From NCBI GenBank assembly GCA_039801565.1, contig JBDRUX010000001.1, positions 51,403-115,402 on the forward strand: a DNA stretch of 64,000 bases. The letters are read 5' to 3'. Positions 9,478 to 18,965 of this stretch are shown here, piece after piece. The DNA is from a candidate division WOR-3 bacterium (GTDB taxonomy: Bacteria; Hydrothermota; Tepidihabitantia; Tepidihabitantales; JAOUPE01). The notes under the pieces are model-generated. The model ran no database searches, was not told the origin of the DNA, and saw only the letters and a list, made by a program, of their open reading frames with translations. Each line of letters begins with the position of its first letter. Positions within the stretch are counted from its first letter, which is position 1. The position numbers were made by a program, and so were the translations under genes.

Positions 9478-10884
9478 TTAACTGGGATAATCGGTAGGTG
9501 GATAAATCCCTGAAGGCGGTTTGCCAAATTCAGGAATTTCAATTTTTAACTGACGGAGTTTCCGATAAAGGTGGGTTCGGTCAATAGCTAAGACCGCCGC
9601 GGTCCTTTTCAAATTCCAATTGTTACGGGCTAACATCTTTAAGATGTAATCCCGTTCAAATTCTTCCCGGGCTTGTTTGAGCGTAACCAATTTTGATTTC
9701 ACTTGTGGCTCACCTATCTCCATAATTCTAATTAAATCTTCCGCATTGATTTTTGGATTTTTCACCATTATCACTGCCAGTTCCATAAGGTTGCGTAATT
9801 CCCGACAATTTCCGGGCCAGGGTTGATTCTTTAAAAACTCGATAGCATTATCGGTTAAAATCTTCTTCGGCACTCCGTGTTCTTCACAGAGTGTAGTCAG
9901 GAAATAATCGGCTAAGACTGGCACGTCTTCGGGTCGATTCCTTAATGGTGGAATATAGACATTAACCACATTGAGCCGATAGAATAAATCTTCCCGGAAG
10001 CGGTGTTCTTTAATTTCTTCCCATAGATTCTTGTTGGTGGCAGCAATTATCCGAACATCAACTTTATGGGTCTTAACACTGCCTAACCGTTGAAATTCCC
10101 CTTCCTGAATGAATTGGAGTAATTTGGCTTGGGCGGGTAGGCCCAAATCACCAATCTCATCTAAGAACAAGGTGCCGCCATCCGCCATTTCCAACTTGCC
10201 TTTTTTCTGGGTCTTGGCATCAGTAAAAGCCCCCCGTTCGTAACCAAAGAGTTCGCTTTCAATCAATTCCTTAGGTATTGCGGCACAATTGATTTTGTAA
10301 AAAGGTTGGTCCTTTCTTAAACTGCGGAGATGGATGGCTCGAGCCACCAAATCTTTACCAACCCCGCTTTCACCAACAATTACGACGCTCACTTTCTCGG
10401 GTCCAACATTTTCAATTAATTCAAAGATTTTTTTCATTGCCGAAGAAACCCCAACCATCTGGTAGCGTCTTAACAACTCTTCTTTAAGGAGCTGGACTTC
10501 TTTTTCGATTTGCTCCCGTTCCACTGCCCGTCGAATTAACAAAAGCAATCTATTTTTATCAAAATTGCTTTTTTCTAAGAAATCGTAGGCACCCTCTTTG
10601 GTGGCTGCGACCGCATCTTTGACGGTACCGAAACCAGATATGATAATTACGGGTAGCAGCGGATGGATTTTTTTAATTCTTTTCAGAACTTCGATGCCGT
10701 TGATATCGGGTAAAATTAGGTCGAGGAGGACAACATTCAGATTATTTTCTTGCACCAATTTAAGTGCCGACATACCATCTTCTGCCGTAATAACCGAATA
10801 GTGTCCTTCGGTCAATATATTAGTCAAAGTCTGACGGGCTCGCTCGTCATCATCAACAACTAAAACTCGAGGATTTATTATCAT
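9478..10884 (-). CDS. sigma-54-dependent two-component response regulator (NtrC family: REC + AAA+ + Fis-type HTH)
   Basis: REC domain (VLVVDDD...LDLILPD). Walker A GESGVGKDLVARAIH. GAFTDA variant of the GAFTGA loop. C-terminal HTH. Confidence 0.85.
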   Translation of the reverse strand: MIINPRVLVVDDDERARQTLTNILTEGHYSVITAEDGMSALKLVQENNLNVVLLDLILPDINGIEVLKRIKKIHPLLPVIIISGFGTVKDAVAATKEGAYDFLEKSNFDKNRLLLLIRRAVEREQIEKEVQLLKEELLRRYQMVGVSSAMKKIFELIENVGPEKVSVVIVGESGVGKDLVARAIHLRSLRKDQPFYKINCAAIPKELIESELFGYERGAFTDAKTQKKGKLEMADGGTLFLDEIGDLGLPAQAKLLQFIQEGEFQRLGSVKTHKVDVRIIAATNKNLWEEIKEHRFREDLFYRLNVVNVYIPPLRNRPEDVPVLADYFLTTLCEEHGVPKKILTDNAIEFLKNQPWPGNCRELRNLMELAVIMVKNPKINAEDLIRIMEIGEPQVKSKLVTLKQAREEFERDYILKMLARNNWNLKRTAAVLAIDRTHLYRKLRQLKIEIPEFGKPPSGIYPPTDYPS

Positions 10885-10886
10885 GA

Positions 10887-13346
10887 TTAGGCTGGTAAGT
10901 TGATAGTAACGGTTGTGCCAACCCCTTCTTTACTTTGAATCTCAATTGTGCCTTGATGTTTTTCGATAATCTGTTTAGCCAAAGTCAGACCAAGTCCGAT
11001 TCCAGTCGGTTTATCAAAAGTGAAATAAGGGTCAAATACCGATTGCAAATATTTTTCCGGGATTCCCTTGCCAGTATCTGATATCATAACCCTTACCCAG
11101 TTTTTAATTTTGCCTTCAAAGGTTTGGTGAAAAAGCGAAGTTATAACCAATGTTCCTTTGTTTGCCATTGCCTCTACTGCATTATTGATAATAACCTCAA
11201 GGGCATATTCAATTTCTTTTCGGTCAATCCGCACTAAGGGGAGTTTTTCACCTAATTCTAATTTTAATTTAATCCCAGAACCGATGGTTAACGAATATTT
11301 ATCAATAAGTTCTTTTAATATGCGATTAATATCTTCGGCTTGCAAATCGAGTGGAGCGAACCGAGTGAACCGGAGAAAACTATCGGTTAATTTACGCAGC
11401 CTGGCTATCTCTTCCCTGATATTATGGACCAGCTCTTTTGCCCGTTGTTTATCTTCTACTTGGCAGACTTCTGCCAATTGTTCGGTTGCCAGTTGGATAT
11501 TCATTAACGGCGTCCTCATACCGTGCGCCAACTTTTGAGCGACCGGTGCCCAAGTTTCGATTTGACCAAGATGGCGCAATTTCGTAATGTCTTCAATTCT
11601 TAAAGTATAGGTGTTGCGTCGTGGCAACTGATAAAAATTTAGCGATAAAATCTTCTCATCGGCTGCGTCTTTAATTGTAAATGTCTCGTTTTCGAATTGC
11701 TGAAAATCTTTTAGCTTATTGGAAAGTTCTGTAAGCCCAGCCTTTTGCAACTCTGCGAAAAGGTTGGCATTGTTTAAATTCTTGATGCCGAGCAGATTAC
11801 AAGCCGACACATTCGCGACTTTTATCTTTCCTTGGCGATTGAAGAGAATGTAGCCGATTTGGGTAATTTTGCTATAAAATTTCTTGGCAACCCTTTCCGA
11901 GTAAGTTAATAGCCACCACAAGATGTAAGAAATAATCAGCCCTAAAATGATGAGATTGAGTAAAATCGCGTTAAATAAATGTCCGGTCCTTTTAGCAATT
12001 GGGGTTGGTTCAAATCGGTAGAGAATAAACTCGGTTTCATCTTTAGCCGGTTGACTAATCAGGACCTTTTTGGTCTTCTGCTCCCGTACCAATTTAATAG
12101 CTCCTGAATTTAAGCCAACGCCTTGGTCTACAAGACTTTTGGCTAATGGCAATTGGGCGATAACTTTTAACTGATGATTGAAGATCACTAACTTATTATC
12201 TTCGGTAGTGGTGATGATTTCTTTTCGGCCATCGCCAATTAAATCGTAGACTCCCATCACATCGATACCACGATGGTTGTCATAGGTCAAGATTTCATCT
12301 AAATCCGAATTGAAGACTCGAATTTTACCATCTAAGTTACCGGTGATGATTTCATCGCAACCATCAAGGTTGATATCTGAACATGCCATTCCCCAAAAGT
12401 TTTCTCCGGTCTGGATAGATTTTTTTAACTTGCCATCGGGTGTCAAGATTAAAATTTTATCCGATTCATAGGATTCCCGTTTTGAAGATGTAGCTACAAT
12501 CACCTCCTTTCTACCATCTTTATCAATGTCTGAGGCGGCGATTTCGGTTTCACAGAAGTACTCACCGGTTTGTTGTTGCCATAATAATTTACCTTTGCAG
12601 TCCAAAACAATCACATAACTCGCAAGGTCAGTAGTATTATTTGCACTACTGCCATTAGCTGGGGAATAAGTTCCAACAATAATTTCGGGTTTTAGGTCAT
12701 CATTAATATCTTCAACGATTATTTTTACAACGATTGGACCAATCCAATAGTGCCACAGTTCTTTTCCGGTCTTTAGGTCATAAACGGCTAAACCGCGGGG
12801 TTGCAAATCAAAACCGCAGCCAACATTCAATAATAAATCCAAGTTTCCATCGTCATTGGCATCAATACAGTTTATTGCCGTAACCGAGCCATCCCATTTG
12901 CCATCCTGATTCTTATCGGTCATCTTTACGGTGGGCAAGCTCTTTATTAAATTGCCCGATTTGGTTGAACCGTAACAATTAACAATTTCGGTTGCACCTT
13001 TAGTATAACTGGCAAAGATTTCTTTTATACCATCTTGATTGATATCCAAGACGGAAAAAGTTTTAAAACGATTTGATAGAAAATAATAATCCCAACAGAC
13101 CCTTCCCTTTTGGTCTAAAAGTTGCATATTGTAATCGCTGATTTTTAATAATTCATCGGTTTTATCCTGATTGATATCTAAAGGAAAAATTTCGATACCG
13201 GTGAACTTTCGCTCCTCTTTTAAGCAAAATGGCAATTTCTCGGCTGGAATCGCCAAAGAAGTTAAAAATAAAATGGTGATAACCGCCTTCTTTCTCATAC
13301 ACTCATAGCTATTTTGTATAATACAATATCCATTAGTCTCTGTCAA
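10887..13346 (-). CDS. sensor histidine kinase with periplasmic FG-GAP-like beta-propeller sensor domain
   Basis: Signal/TM, then repeated DxNxDGxxEI motifs (DINQDGIKEI, DANDDGNLDL, DIDKDGRKEV, DINLDGCDEI). A TM segment and PAS follow. HisKA H-box (LAHGMRTPL) and HATPase_c (GIGLGL). Adjacent to the NtrC-like regulator on the same strand. Confidence 0.8.
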   Translation of the reverse strand: MTETNGYCIIQNSYECMRKKAVITILFLTSLAIPAEKLPFCLKEERKFTGIEIFPLDINQDKTDELLKISDYNMQLLDQKGRVCWDYYFLSNRFKTFSVLDINQDGIKEIFASYTKGATEIVNCYGSTKSGNLIKSLPTVKMTDKNQDGKWDGSVTAINCIDANDDGNLDLLLNVGCGFDLQPRGLAVYDLKTGKELWHYWIGPIVVKIIVEDINDDLKPEIIVGTYSPANGSSANNTTDLASYVIVLDCKGKLLWQQQTGEYFCETEIAASDIDKDGRKEVIVATSSKRESYESDKILILTPDGKLKKSIQTGENFWGMACSDINLDGCDEIITGNLDGKIRVFNSDLDEILTYDNHRGIDVMGVYDLIGDGRKEIITTTEDNKLVIFNHQLKVIAQLPLAKSLVDQGVGLNSGAIKLVREQKTKKVLISQPAKDETEFILYRFEPTPIAKRTGHLFNAILLNLIILGLIISYILWWLLTYSERVAKKFYSKITQIGYILFNRQGKIKVANVSACNLLGIKNLNNANLFAELQKAGLTELSNKLKDFQQFENETFTIKDAADEKILSLNFYQLPRRNTYTLRIEDITKLRHLGQIETWAPVAQKLAHGMRTPLMNIQLATEQLAEVCQVEDKQRAKELVHNIREEIARLRKLTDSFLRFTRFAPLDLQAEDINRILKELIDKYSLTIGSGIKLKLELGEKLPLVRIDRKEIEYALEVIINNAVEAMANKGTLVITSLFHQTFEGKIKNWVRVMISDTGKGIPEKYLQSVFDPYFTFDKPTGIGLGLTLAKQIIEKHQGTIEIQSKEGVGTTVTINLPA

Positions 13347-13355
13347 TAATTTTGT

Positions 13356-13391
13356 TAAAAAAGGTCCCTCAGAGTGTACATCTGAGGGACC
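13356..13391 (-). terminator. rho-independent terminator (11-bp perfect stem, 7-nt loop, U-tract)
   Basis: ggtccctcaga-gtgtaca-tctgagggacc, followed on the minus strand by a 6-nt T-run. It lies upstream of the HK start. Confidence 0.5.
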
Positions 13392-14340
13392 CTGCCTAAC
13401 CGACTTGACCCCAAAAACGGACTGGGGTGGGAAGGAAACTTCACCTTAGCACACAACGAGAGAGACCCGACCTCTCATATCTATTATTGCAAAATTTGTG
13501 CCAGAAGATTAAATTAAAGTTCGATTTTCTTTCTTATTGTAAAATAATAACTTAAATTAAGGGTCAATTAAACCACTCTTTTTAAAAGTCATTGATGTTG
13601 CATTTATGCAAATTTTGTTGTAAATAAGCAGCACAATTGATTTGGGTGTGGGTCATAATAGATTGCGGTTCTTGACCATTTAGTATGGAAGACACTTGAG
13701 GCATCGCTTCAATCCTTTGTCCACCATAAAGCCAATCTCTTCACTCAATCCTAAATATTACCTATACCGTCACCAATATTGGATCAAATAACAATCCTTT
13801 CTCAGTCTCAAAAAAACGAAACCATTCCAATTTCATAAACAATTATACACAATCGGCTCAATATTTTAACCATTTGGTTGGTAATATTCCGATAGCCACT
13901 ACAGTGGTTGCTTCTCGGAGTGCTATACGGGACTACCGAAGAAGCAAGGAGATTAGTGAATAGAAATTAACGAAGATGTTGCGATGTGATTTATCGCAAA
14001 ACAGCGGTTGTTCGGTAGCGTTGTTGGATTGGCCATTCGTGATGAGGTCAGTTGTGCCAGCATCTTTTGGTTTCTTTGTTTAAGATCGATTCTATCCGGC
14101 TCTTTTAAAAATTTCACTGAAGACGCACCACAAACTCTAAGGCACTTAAGAATTGTATTCAAAGATGAATTTTTTACCCTACCCTTTTCCTGAATTTAAA
14201 GACAAGCCAATACCTTTAGCCACCTCGGCTTGTGACAAATTTACCTTCTGACAGGTTTTAATTAAAAGCTTTACTATTGCTTGGGTTATAATTGTTTAAT
14301 TATTTTAAGGTTTTAAAAAGTATACTATTTAGTATATACC

Positions 14341-14556
14341 AAAAATCAAGCCGAAATTTCTTTTAACTAGTAGCCTCGTAGGTTGGTTCAGGGGTTAGCT
14401 GAGGACCAAGTTCGCAAGCGAGTTGGGAGGCAACTTGGGAAACGGGTTAGGGATTTGGTTAGGAAATTAGCTGGGGAGCTGGTTCGGAGGCGGCCCCGTG
14501 AGCTACCTCAGGGATTGGCTAGTAGGCAAGCTGGAAAGTAAAATCGTAGGCTGACT
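14341..14556 (+). repeat. Copy C of the dispersed 12-nt periodic repeat family
   Basis: Leader AAAAATCAAGCCGAAATTTCTTTTAAC (shared with copy A), then a degenerate 12-nt periodic array (agttgggaggca/acttgggaaacg/ggttagggattt/...) containing cgtagg words. Confidence 0.55.
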
Positions 14557-14662
14557 TTTTCCTAATAATAAAGATTTAAAAAAATAAGATTCTTTCGCAT
14601 CTCAATTTTGCCAATTTTGTTCATATTAAAATCTTAATTTTGCTCACTTTTTGCAATTTAAA

Positions 14663-15631
14663 TTAAAAAATATACCGCATCGCTTGTTTTAAAAGCGGAA
14701 CGCCGCGTATCTCTTTATCCATTTCGGGCAAGATTCCTAAGACATTGGGAAAGGTTAATTTTATCTCAGCCAAATATTTTTCTTGCATCGCAATGCGATT
14801 CAAAACAAATTCGGGAGCATTGTCTTTGACCAAACTCTTATCAATCACTCGATTCACAATCACCCCGCCGACCGGAATGCCGAATTCTTTAAACCAACCG
14901 ATGAACCTTTTAATCACCGCAATCGGTAAGGCTTCGGGTAAAGTGACAAAGAAGAATGCGGTTAATTGGTTATCGGTTAAGAGGTTGTGGACGCGTTCAA
15001 TCCGTTCTTTAAAATTTAAAAGATAAGTTAGTAAAGGGTCCTTTTCATCTTTTTGCGAAAAGGATAATTTCTTTCTTAATTCCGTAGCCTCTTTGCGGCT
15101 GGCGAGCATCTTTTCAACCCATAAGGTATAGACCTTTGACATACCAAGTAATCTTCGGGCATTAGCGGTTGGCGCAGTATCAAAAACGTAGCAATCGTAT
15201 TTATTCTCAAACATCAAATCTACCATCTTTTCAAACATCGCCGACTCTTCAAATGCCGGATTCATCGTAGCGGATTCAATAAAATCTTCGGTCTTTTGAC
15301 CTGAGATATCAGCATATTTTAAGAACCATTCAATCTTCTCTTTGATTTCACCTTTCTTTTTGCTAATAATCTCTTTGGTCTCAATCTCTAAGGCATAGAG
15401 ATTAGTATTGCTAACCTTGGTCTCTTTACCAAAGACATTTTGTTCTAACAAACCAGAAAGGCTGTGCACTGGATTAGTTGAAGCGAGTAAGACCTTCTTA
15501 CCAGTTTCGGAAAGATAGAGTGCGGTCATTCCTGCCAAGACAGTTTTACCGACACCGCCCTTACCACCAAAGAAAATATACTTTAAAGTTGGGTGACTGT
15601 TAATAAATTCTTTCATTTTTTTTGAAACCAC
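14663..15631 (-). CDS. ArsA/Get3-family anion-transporting ATPase (half-size), paralog 2
   Basis: Deviant Walker A FFGGKGGVGKT at the N-terminus. 322 aa. Confidence 0.75.
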   Translation of the reverse strand: MVSKKMKEFINSHPTLKYIFFGGKGGVGKTVLAGMTALYLSETGKKVLLASTNPVHSLSGLLEQNVFGKETKVSNTNLYALEIETKEIISKKKGEIKEKIEWFLKYADISGQKTEDFIESATMNPAFEESAMFEKMVDLMFENKYDCYVFDTAPTANARRLLGMSKVYTLWVEKMLASRKEATELRKKLSFSQKDEKDPLLTYLLNFKERIERVHNLLTDNQLTAFFFVTLPEALPIAVIKRFIGWFKEFGIPVGGVIVNRVIDKSLVKDNAPEFVLNRIAMQEKYLAEIKLTFPNVLGILPEMDKEIRGVPLLKQAMRYIF

Positions 15632-15643
15632 CGAGAAATAAAA

Positions 15644-15684
15644 AATTTTAAAACCGCGGATGGGCGCGGATTCACACGGATATA
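15644..15684. repeat. Left arm of a ~40-bp imperfect inverted repeat flanking the GxxExxY gene
   Basis: aaaattttaaaaccgcggatgggcgcggattcacacggatata. The reverse complement of 16132-16168 is ttaaaaattttaaccgcggattcacgcggattata. Confidence 0.5.
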
Positions 15685-15694
15685 ATTATTTTTG

Positions 15695-16126
15695 TCAATC
15701 AGTATGTAATCGCTTTTCATTCTTTTTATTTTTCCTTGATAAAACCAATCTTTTATATTCTAACTTGGGTTTGGCAAAATTAAGGATTACTCCAACTTCG
15801 ATACCTGTCGCTTTCAAATAATTTAGTATTTGTGCTTCGTGGATTTTTTCAATCTTATCGCAGGCTTTTACCTCGACAATTACTTTTTTATCAATAATTA
15901 TATCAGAAATGTAATTACCAACTTTTTTCCTTTTGTAAAAAACTTCAATCAATTTTTGATTTTCGACCGGAAGATTTCTACTTCGAAATTCTTCAAGCAA
16001 GGCATTCTCATATACTTTTTCCAAGAATCCACAACCTAAATAATTGTGAACCTCAAAAGCAGCATTAAGTATTTTATGAGTCAATTCGCTATGTAATAGG
16101 TCTTTTGGTAAATTAATATTTTCCAT
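15695..16126 (-). CDS. GxxExxY-family protein
   Basis: Motif GFLEKVY (G-x-x-E-x-x-Y) in the N-terminal helix. About 140 aa, as expected for this family, which is known from rRNA intervening sequences. Confidence 0.65.
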   Translation of the reverse strand: MENINLPKDLLHSELTHKILNAAFEVHNYLGCGFLEKVYENALLEEFRSRNLPVENQKLIEVFYKRKKVGNYISDIIIDKKVIVEVKACDKIEKIHEAQILNYLKATGIEVGVILNFAKPKLEYKRLVLSRKNKKNEKRLHTD

Positions 16127-16131
16127 CGGCG

Positions 16132-16168
16132 TATAATCCGCGTGAATCCGCGGTTAAAATTTTTAATC
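16132..16168. repeat. Right arm of the inverted repeat flanking the GxxExxY gene
   Basis: tataatccgcgtgaatccgcggttaaaatttttaa is the reverse-complement partner of 15644-15684. Confidence 0.5.
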
Positions 16169-17134
16169 ATACATTATCATTGCCATTTTTTCAATCATCG
16201 CTAAACCGGTGACATCGCGCTCTAATTCCGGCACCCAGCCCAATACTTTTTCACCGAATTTTTGCTTAATATCCGTCATCGGCTGGCGTTGGCTTGCGAT
16301 TCGATTCTTTAGATATTGCGGAATATTCTCTTTTTCTAACTCTTGCGGAATTACCCGATTGACCACAAAGCCGGTTATCGGCACACCATAACGCGAAAAT
16401 AGTCCTGCTGCCTTTTCGGTATCAATAACACTCATTGCCTCTGGTGTCAGCACAAAAAAGAAACCAGTTTTTTCTTTATCAGTAAAGATTGAAGAAGCGA
16501 GATTGATTCTTTTGCGGATATATTGCAACTCGGCAAGGATTTCGTCCTCTTCTTTTATCTCTTCACTTTTCATTTTCGCTACCACTGCTTCGTATCTTCG
16601 CATCTCTTCCCGTAATGAAGTAATCTTATTAATCCATTCATCATAGATTGAACTCATCGAGAGATAATAAAGGGCATGACCTAAAGGCACTAAGTCATAA
16701 ATATAATAATCAAAATTGGTGGTATTGACGATATCCACTACCGCATCAAAAATGGCACTTTCTTCCATTGCTGGTTCAGCTGAAGTGGCAGTAATATAAC
16801 TTTCAATCTCCTCAGGTACTTTTTCAAAGCCATAACGGTCAAGAATCTTTTTTCTTATCTCATCCTGATACTCTTGGATTCTTTTATCAGCATCAATCTC
16901 CTGAGCAAACAAATTGGGAATTATCTCTTGGGCACCTTTACCGAAAATATCCTTTTCAAAGATATCCGAAAGTGAAGCCTGGGGGTCAACCGAAAAGACC
17001 AAAACCTTTTTACCTTGCTTGGCTAACCAGAAGGCGGTTGCCGCAGAAAAAGTCGTTTTGCCCAAACCACCTTTGCCACCAAACATAATATATTTCATCT
17101 TCGGATTCTTTTGAAACACTTCTTTTAAGGTCAT
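16163..17134 (-). CDS. ArsA/Get3-family anion-transporting ATPase (half-size), paralog 1
   Basis: Deviant Walker A MFGGKGGLGKTT. 323 aa. Confidence 0.75.
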   Translation of the reverse strand: MTLKEVFQKNPKMKYIMFGGKGGLGKTTFSAATAFWLAKQGKKVLVFSVDPQASLSDIFEKDIFGKGAQEIIPNLFAQEIDADKRIQEYQDEIRKKILDRYGFEKVPEEIESYITATSAEPAMEESAIFDAVVDIVNTTNFDYYIYDLVPLGHALYYLSMSSIYDEWINKITSLREEMRRYEAVVAKMKSEEIKEEDEILAELQYIRKRINLASSIFTDKEKTGFFFVLTPEAMSVIDTEKAAGLFSRYGVPITGFVVNRVIPQELEKENIPQYLKNRIASQRQPMTDIKQKFGEKVLGWVPELERDVTGLAMIEKMAMIMYD

Positions 17135-17146
17135 AGCATTCAGTTT

Positions 17147-17707
17147 TTATCCTTCTTGAATTTTTATTGATGCCAAGGCTTTTTGGAAGGCGGTTTCGTA
17201 TTTGGTAAAGTCTTCAGGCAAGGCTCTAAAGAAAACCTCAATGACTTCACCGTCTTTGCCGATATAAAGTTCAATCACCTTATATTCTGCTTCTTTTATT
17301 ACCTCAATCGCATTAAAATTACCAATCTTCCTTTGTGTCTTAGCAACAATCCGAGTTTTGGTTACTTCTTCTAACTCCTCTTCACCGACGATATTACCTA
17401 AGGTCTTTGTCATCTTTTCAAACATTGATTCTATCTTTGCTGATTCTTTTAGCGTGTTCTCAACAAATTCTTCTACGGTCTGTTCTTCTTCCAATTGGTA
17501 TTTAACAACCATCCCCCAGTTATCATCCCTTTTGGCTGGTTCATAAAAACTGGTTGAGTCTTTGGGGTCGGTCTGCCAACCGGTAGGTAAGTTCATTGAA
17601 AATCCTAAATCTGGGATTATCACTCGGTTACTACCTTTTTGACAATCAAGTGATAACAGAAGAATAAAAGTTAAGCCACTAAATAAAATCTTAACAATTT
17701 TTACCAT
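17147..17707 (-). CDS. hypothetical acidic lipoprotein
   Basis: Signal peptide with lipobox LSLDC. Glu-rich. Tightly linked upstream of ArsA paralog 1. Confidence 0.4.
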   Translation of the reverse strand: MVKIVKILFSGLTFILLLSLDCQKGSNRVIIPDLGFSMNLPTGWQTDPKDSTSFYEPAKRDDNWGMVVKYQLEEEQTVEEFVENTLKESAKIESMFEKMTKTLGNIVGEEELEEVTKTRIVAKTQRKIGNFNAIEVIKEAEYKVIELYIGKDGEVIEVFFRALPEDFTKYETAFQKALASIKIQEG

Positions 17708-17762
17708 TCAGTTTTATTTTATCTGATTAAGAATCAAAGTCAATCGTTCGATTGGTTCGGAT

Positions 17763-18659
17763 TCAACCTAAGAAGACTAACAAGGCGCCACTGAAGGCAA
17801 TAATTATTGCGAAGAGACGAATTAGGGTTATTGGTTCTTTTAAAAGGATTGCCGCAAGGATGAAGACAAAGATATAGCTCGTTTGATTCAAAGGTGCGGC
17901 AATTGAAGCCTGGGTATATTTCATTCCGCCCAGCCAGACAACCAATGTGAAATAGGTTCCAACCAAACTGCCGCCGAGTGTATAGCCCAAACTTTTGGTT
18001 GTAAATAGAGAAGCGATAATTTGGTTACGATTAGGTAAAAATAAAGTAATAATTAAAAGGCTAAGAAAACCAGCAATCAGACGGATTTCGGTTGCCCATA
18101 ATAATGGTGTCTTAGTGAGTAGTGGTTTAATTAAAATAACACTGATTGCAGTTGCTACCGAGGCTAAAACACCACATAAGATTCCGATAAGCAATCCCTT
18201 TCTGGTTAAGTTTTTCGGTAGTTTTATCTGTGTGGTTGATGTTAAAGCAAAAAGGATTAAAATCACTCCCAAAATCTGTAATAAAGATAAGCGTTCATTG
18301 AGGAATAAGACCGAAAGGATAATAATTGAGGGACTGTACATATAACCGACAATTGCGGATAGTGAAGCACCAATTCGGTTTAGGCTCATAAAGAAAAAAG
18401 TGTCACCAATCGCCATCCCTAAGATACCACTAAGTAAAAAGATTGCGTATTCCTTTAAAGCAACCGGTCGCAATAATTGCTCACCGAAAATTGTCATTGT
18501 TGGCAGTAATAAGAGCATTGCCAGAAGGTTTTTGAAAAGGTTCAGTCCAATTGGGTGAACTGTCTCGCCACTCTTTTTAAATAGAATAACCGCAAACGCC
18601 CAGGCAAGCGCACTGAGCAGAGCTAAAGTCTGTCCTAAATAAGGGAAATTGACTGGCAT
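17763..18659 (-). CDS. EamA/DMT-family transporter
   Basis: About 10 predicted TM helices and a two-EamA-repeat-like architecture. 298 aa. Confidence 0.65.
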   Translation of the reverse strand: MPVNFPYLGQTLALLSALAWAFAVILFKKSGETVHPIGLNLFKNLLAMLLLLPTMTIFGEQLLRPVALKEYAIFLLSGILGMAIGDTFFFMSLNRIGASLSAIVGYMYSPSIIILSVLFLNERLSLLQILGVILILFALTSTTQIKLPKNLTRKGLLIGILCGVLASVATAISVILIKPLLTKTPLLWATEIRLIAGFLSLLIITLFLPNRNQIIASLFTTKSLGYTLGGSLVGTYFTLVVWLGGMKYTQASIAAPLNQTSYIFVFILAAILLKEPITLIRLFAIIIAFSGALLVFLG

Positions 18660-18696
18660 AATTAGAAGAAATGATTATTTAGAAGTGATTGGGTGA

Positions 18697-18960
18697 TTAA
18701 GCTAAGGTATCGGTGAAATCCTTTTCCCTTAACATCCGACGCTTCCAAGTCGCAATCTGCGGCACACAATAAGGAAGTATCCTTAATGAATAATAAGGGG
18801 GTAGGATTGGAATCCCTAACATATCACCCATTGTGATTAGGATGAATAGATGCTCCATACTACCGCGGGTCTTTAAGGCAAACCGGGCGGTGTCATGGGC
18901 TGCCATACCGTAAACAAATTCTCTTATCGTCTTAAAAATTCCTTTTTTCTTTTCGCTCAT
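18697..18960 (-). CDS. small protein encoded immediately downstream of cstA (possible YbdD/YjiX-like partner)
   Basis: 87 aa, 5-nt gap from cstA. The synteny is analogous to the small DUF466 partner proteins of CstA-family transporters. Sequence similarity is not verified. Confidence 0.3.
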   Translation of the reverse strand: MSEKKKGIFKTIREFVYGMAAHDTARFALKTRGSMEHLFILITMGDMLGIPILPPYYSLRILPYCVPQIATWKRRMLREKDFTDTLA

Positions 18961-18965
18961 TTTAT

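Noticed and set aside
14170-14290. Minus-strand peptide ...IKTCQKVNLSQAEVAKGIGLSLNSGKG resembling an XRE-family HTH
   Set aside because: The open frame is only about 33 codons, bounded by a stop, with no ATG/GTG/TTG start that would give a domain-length protein. At best it is a remnant.
14341-14556. Possible CRISPR array, given regular short periodicity
   Set aside because: The period is 12 nt with degenerate units, and there is no repeat-spacer architecture. No CRISPR-like 25-40 bp identical repeats are present anywhere in the window.
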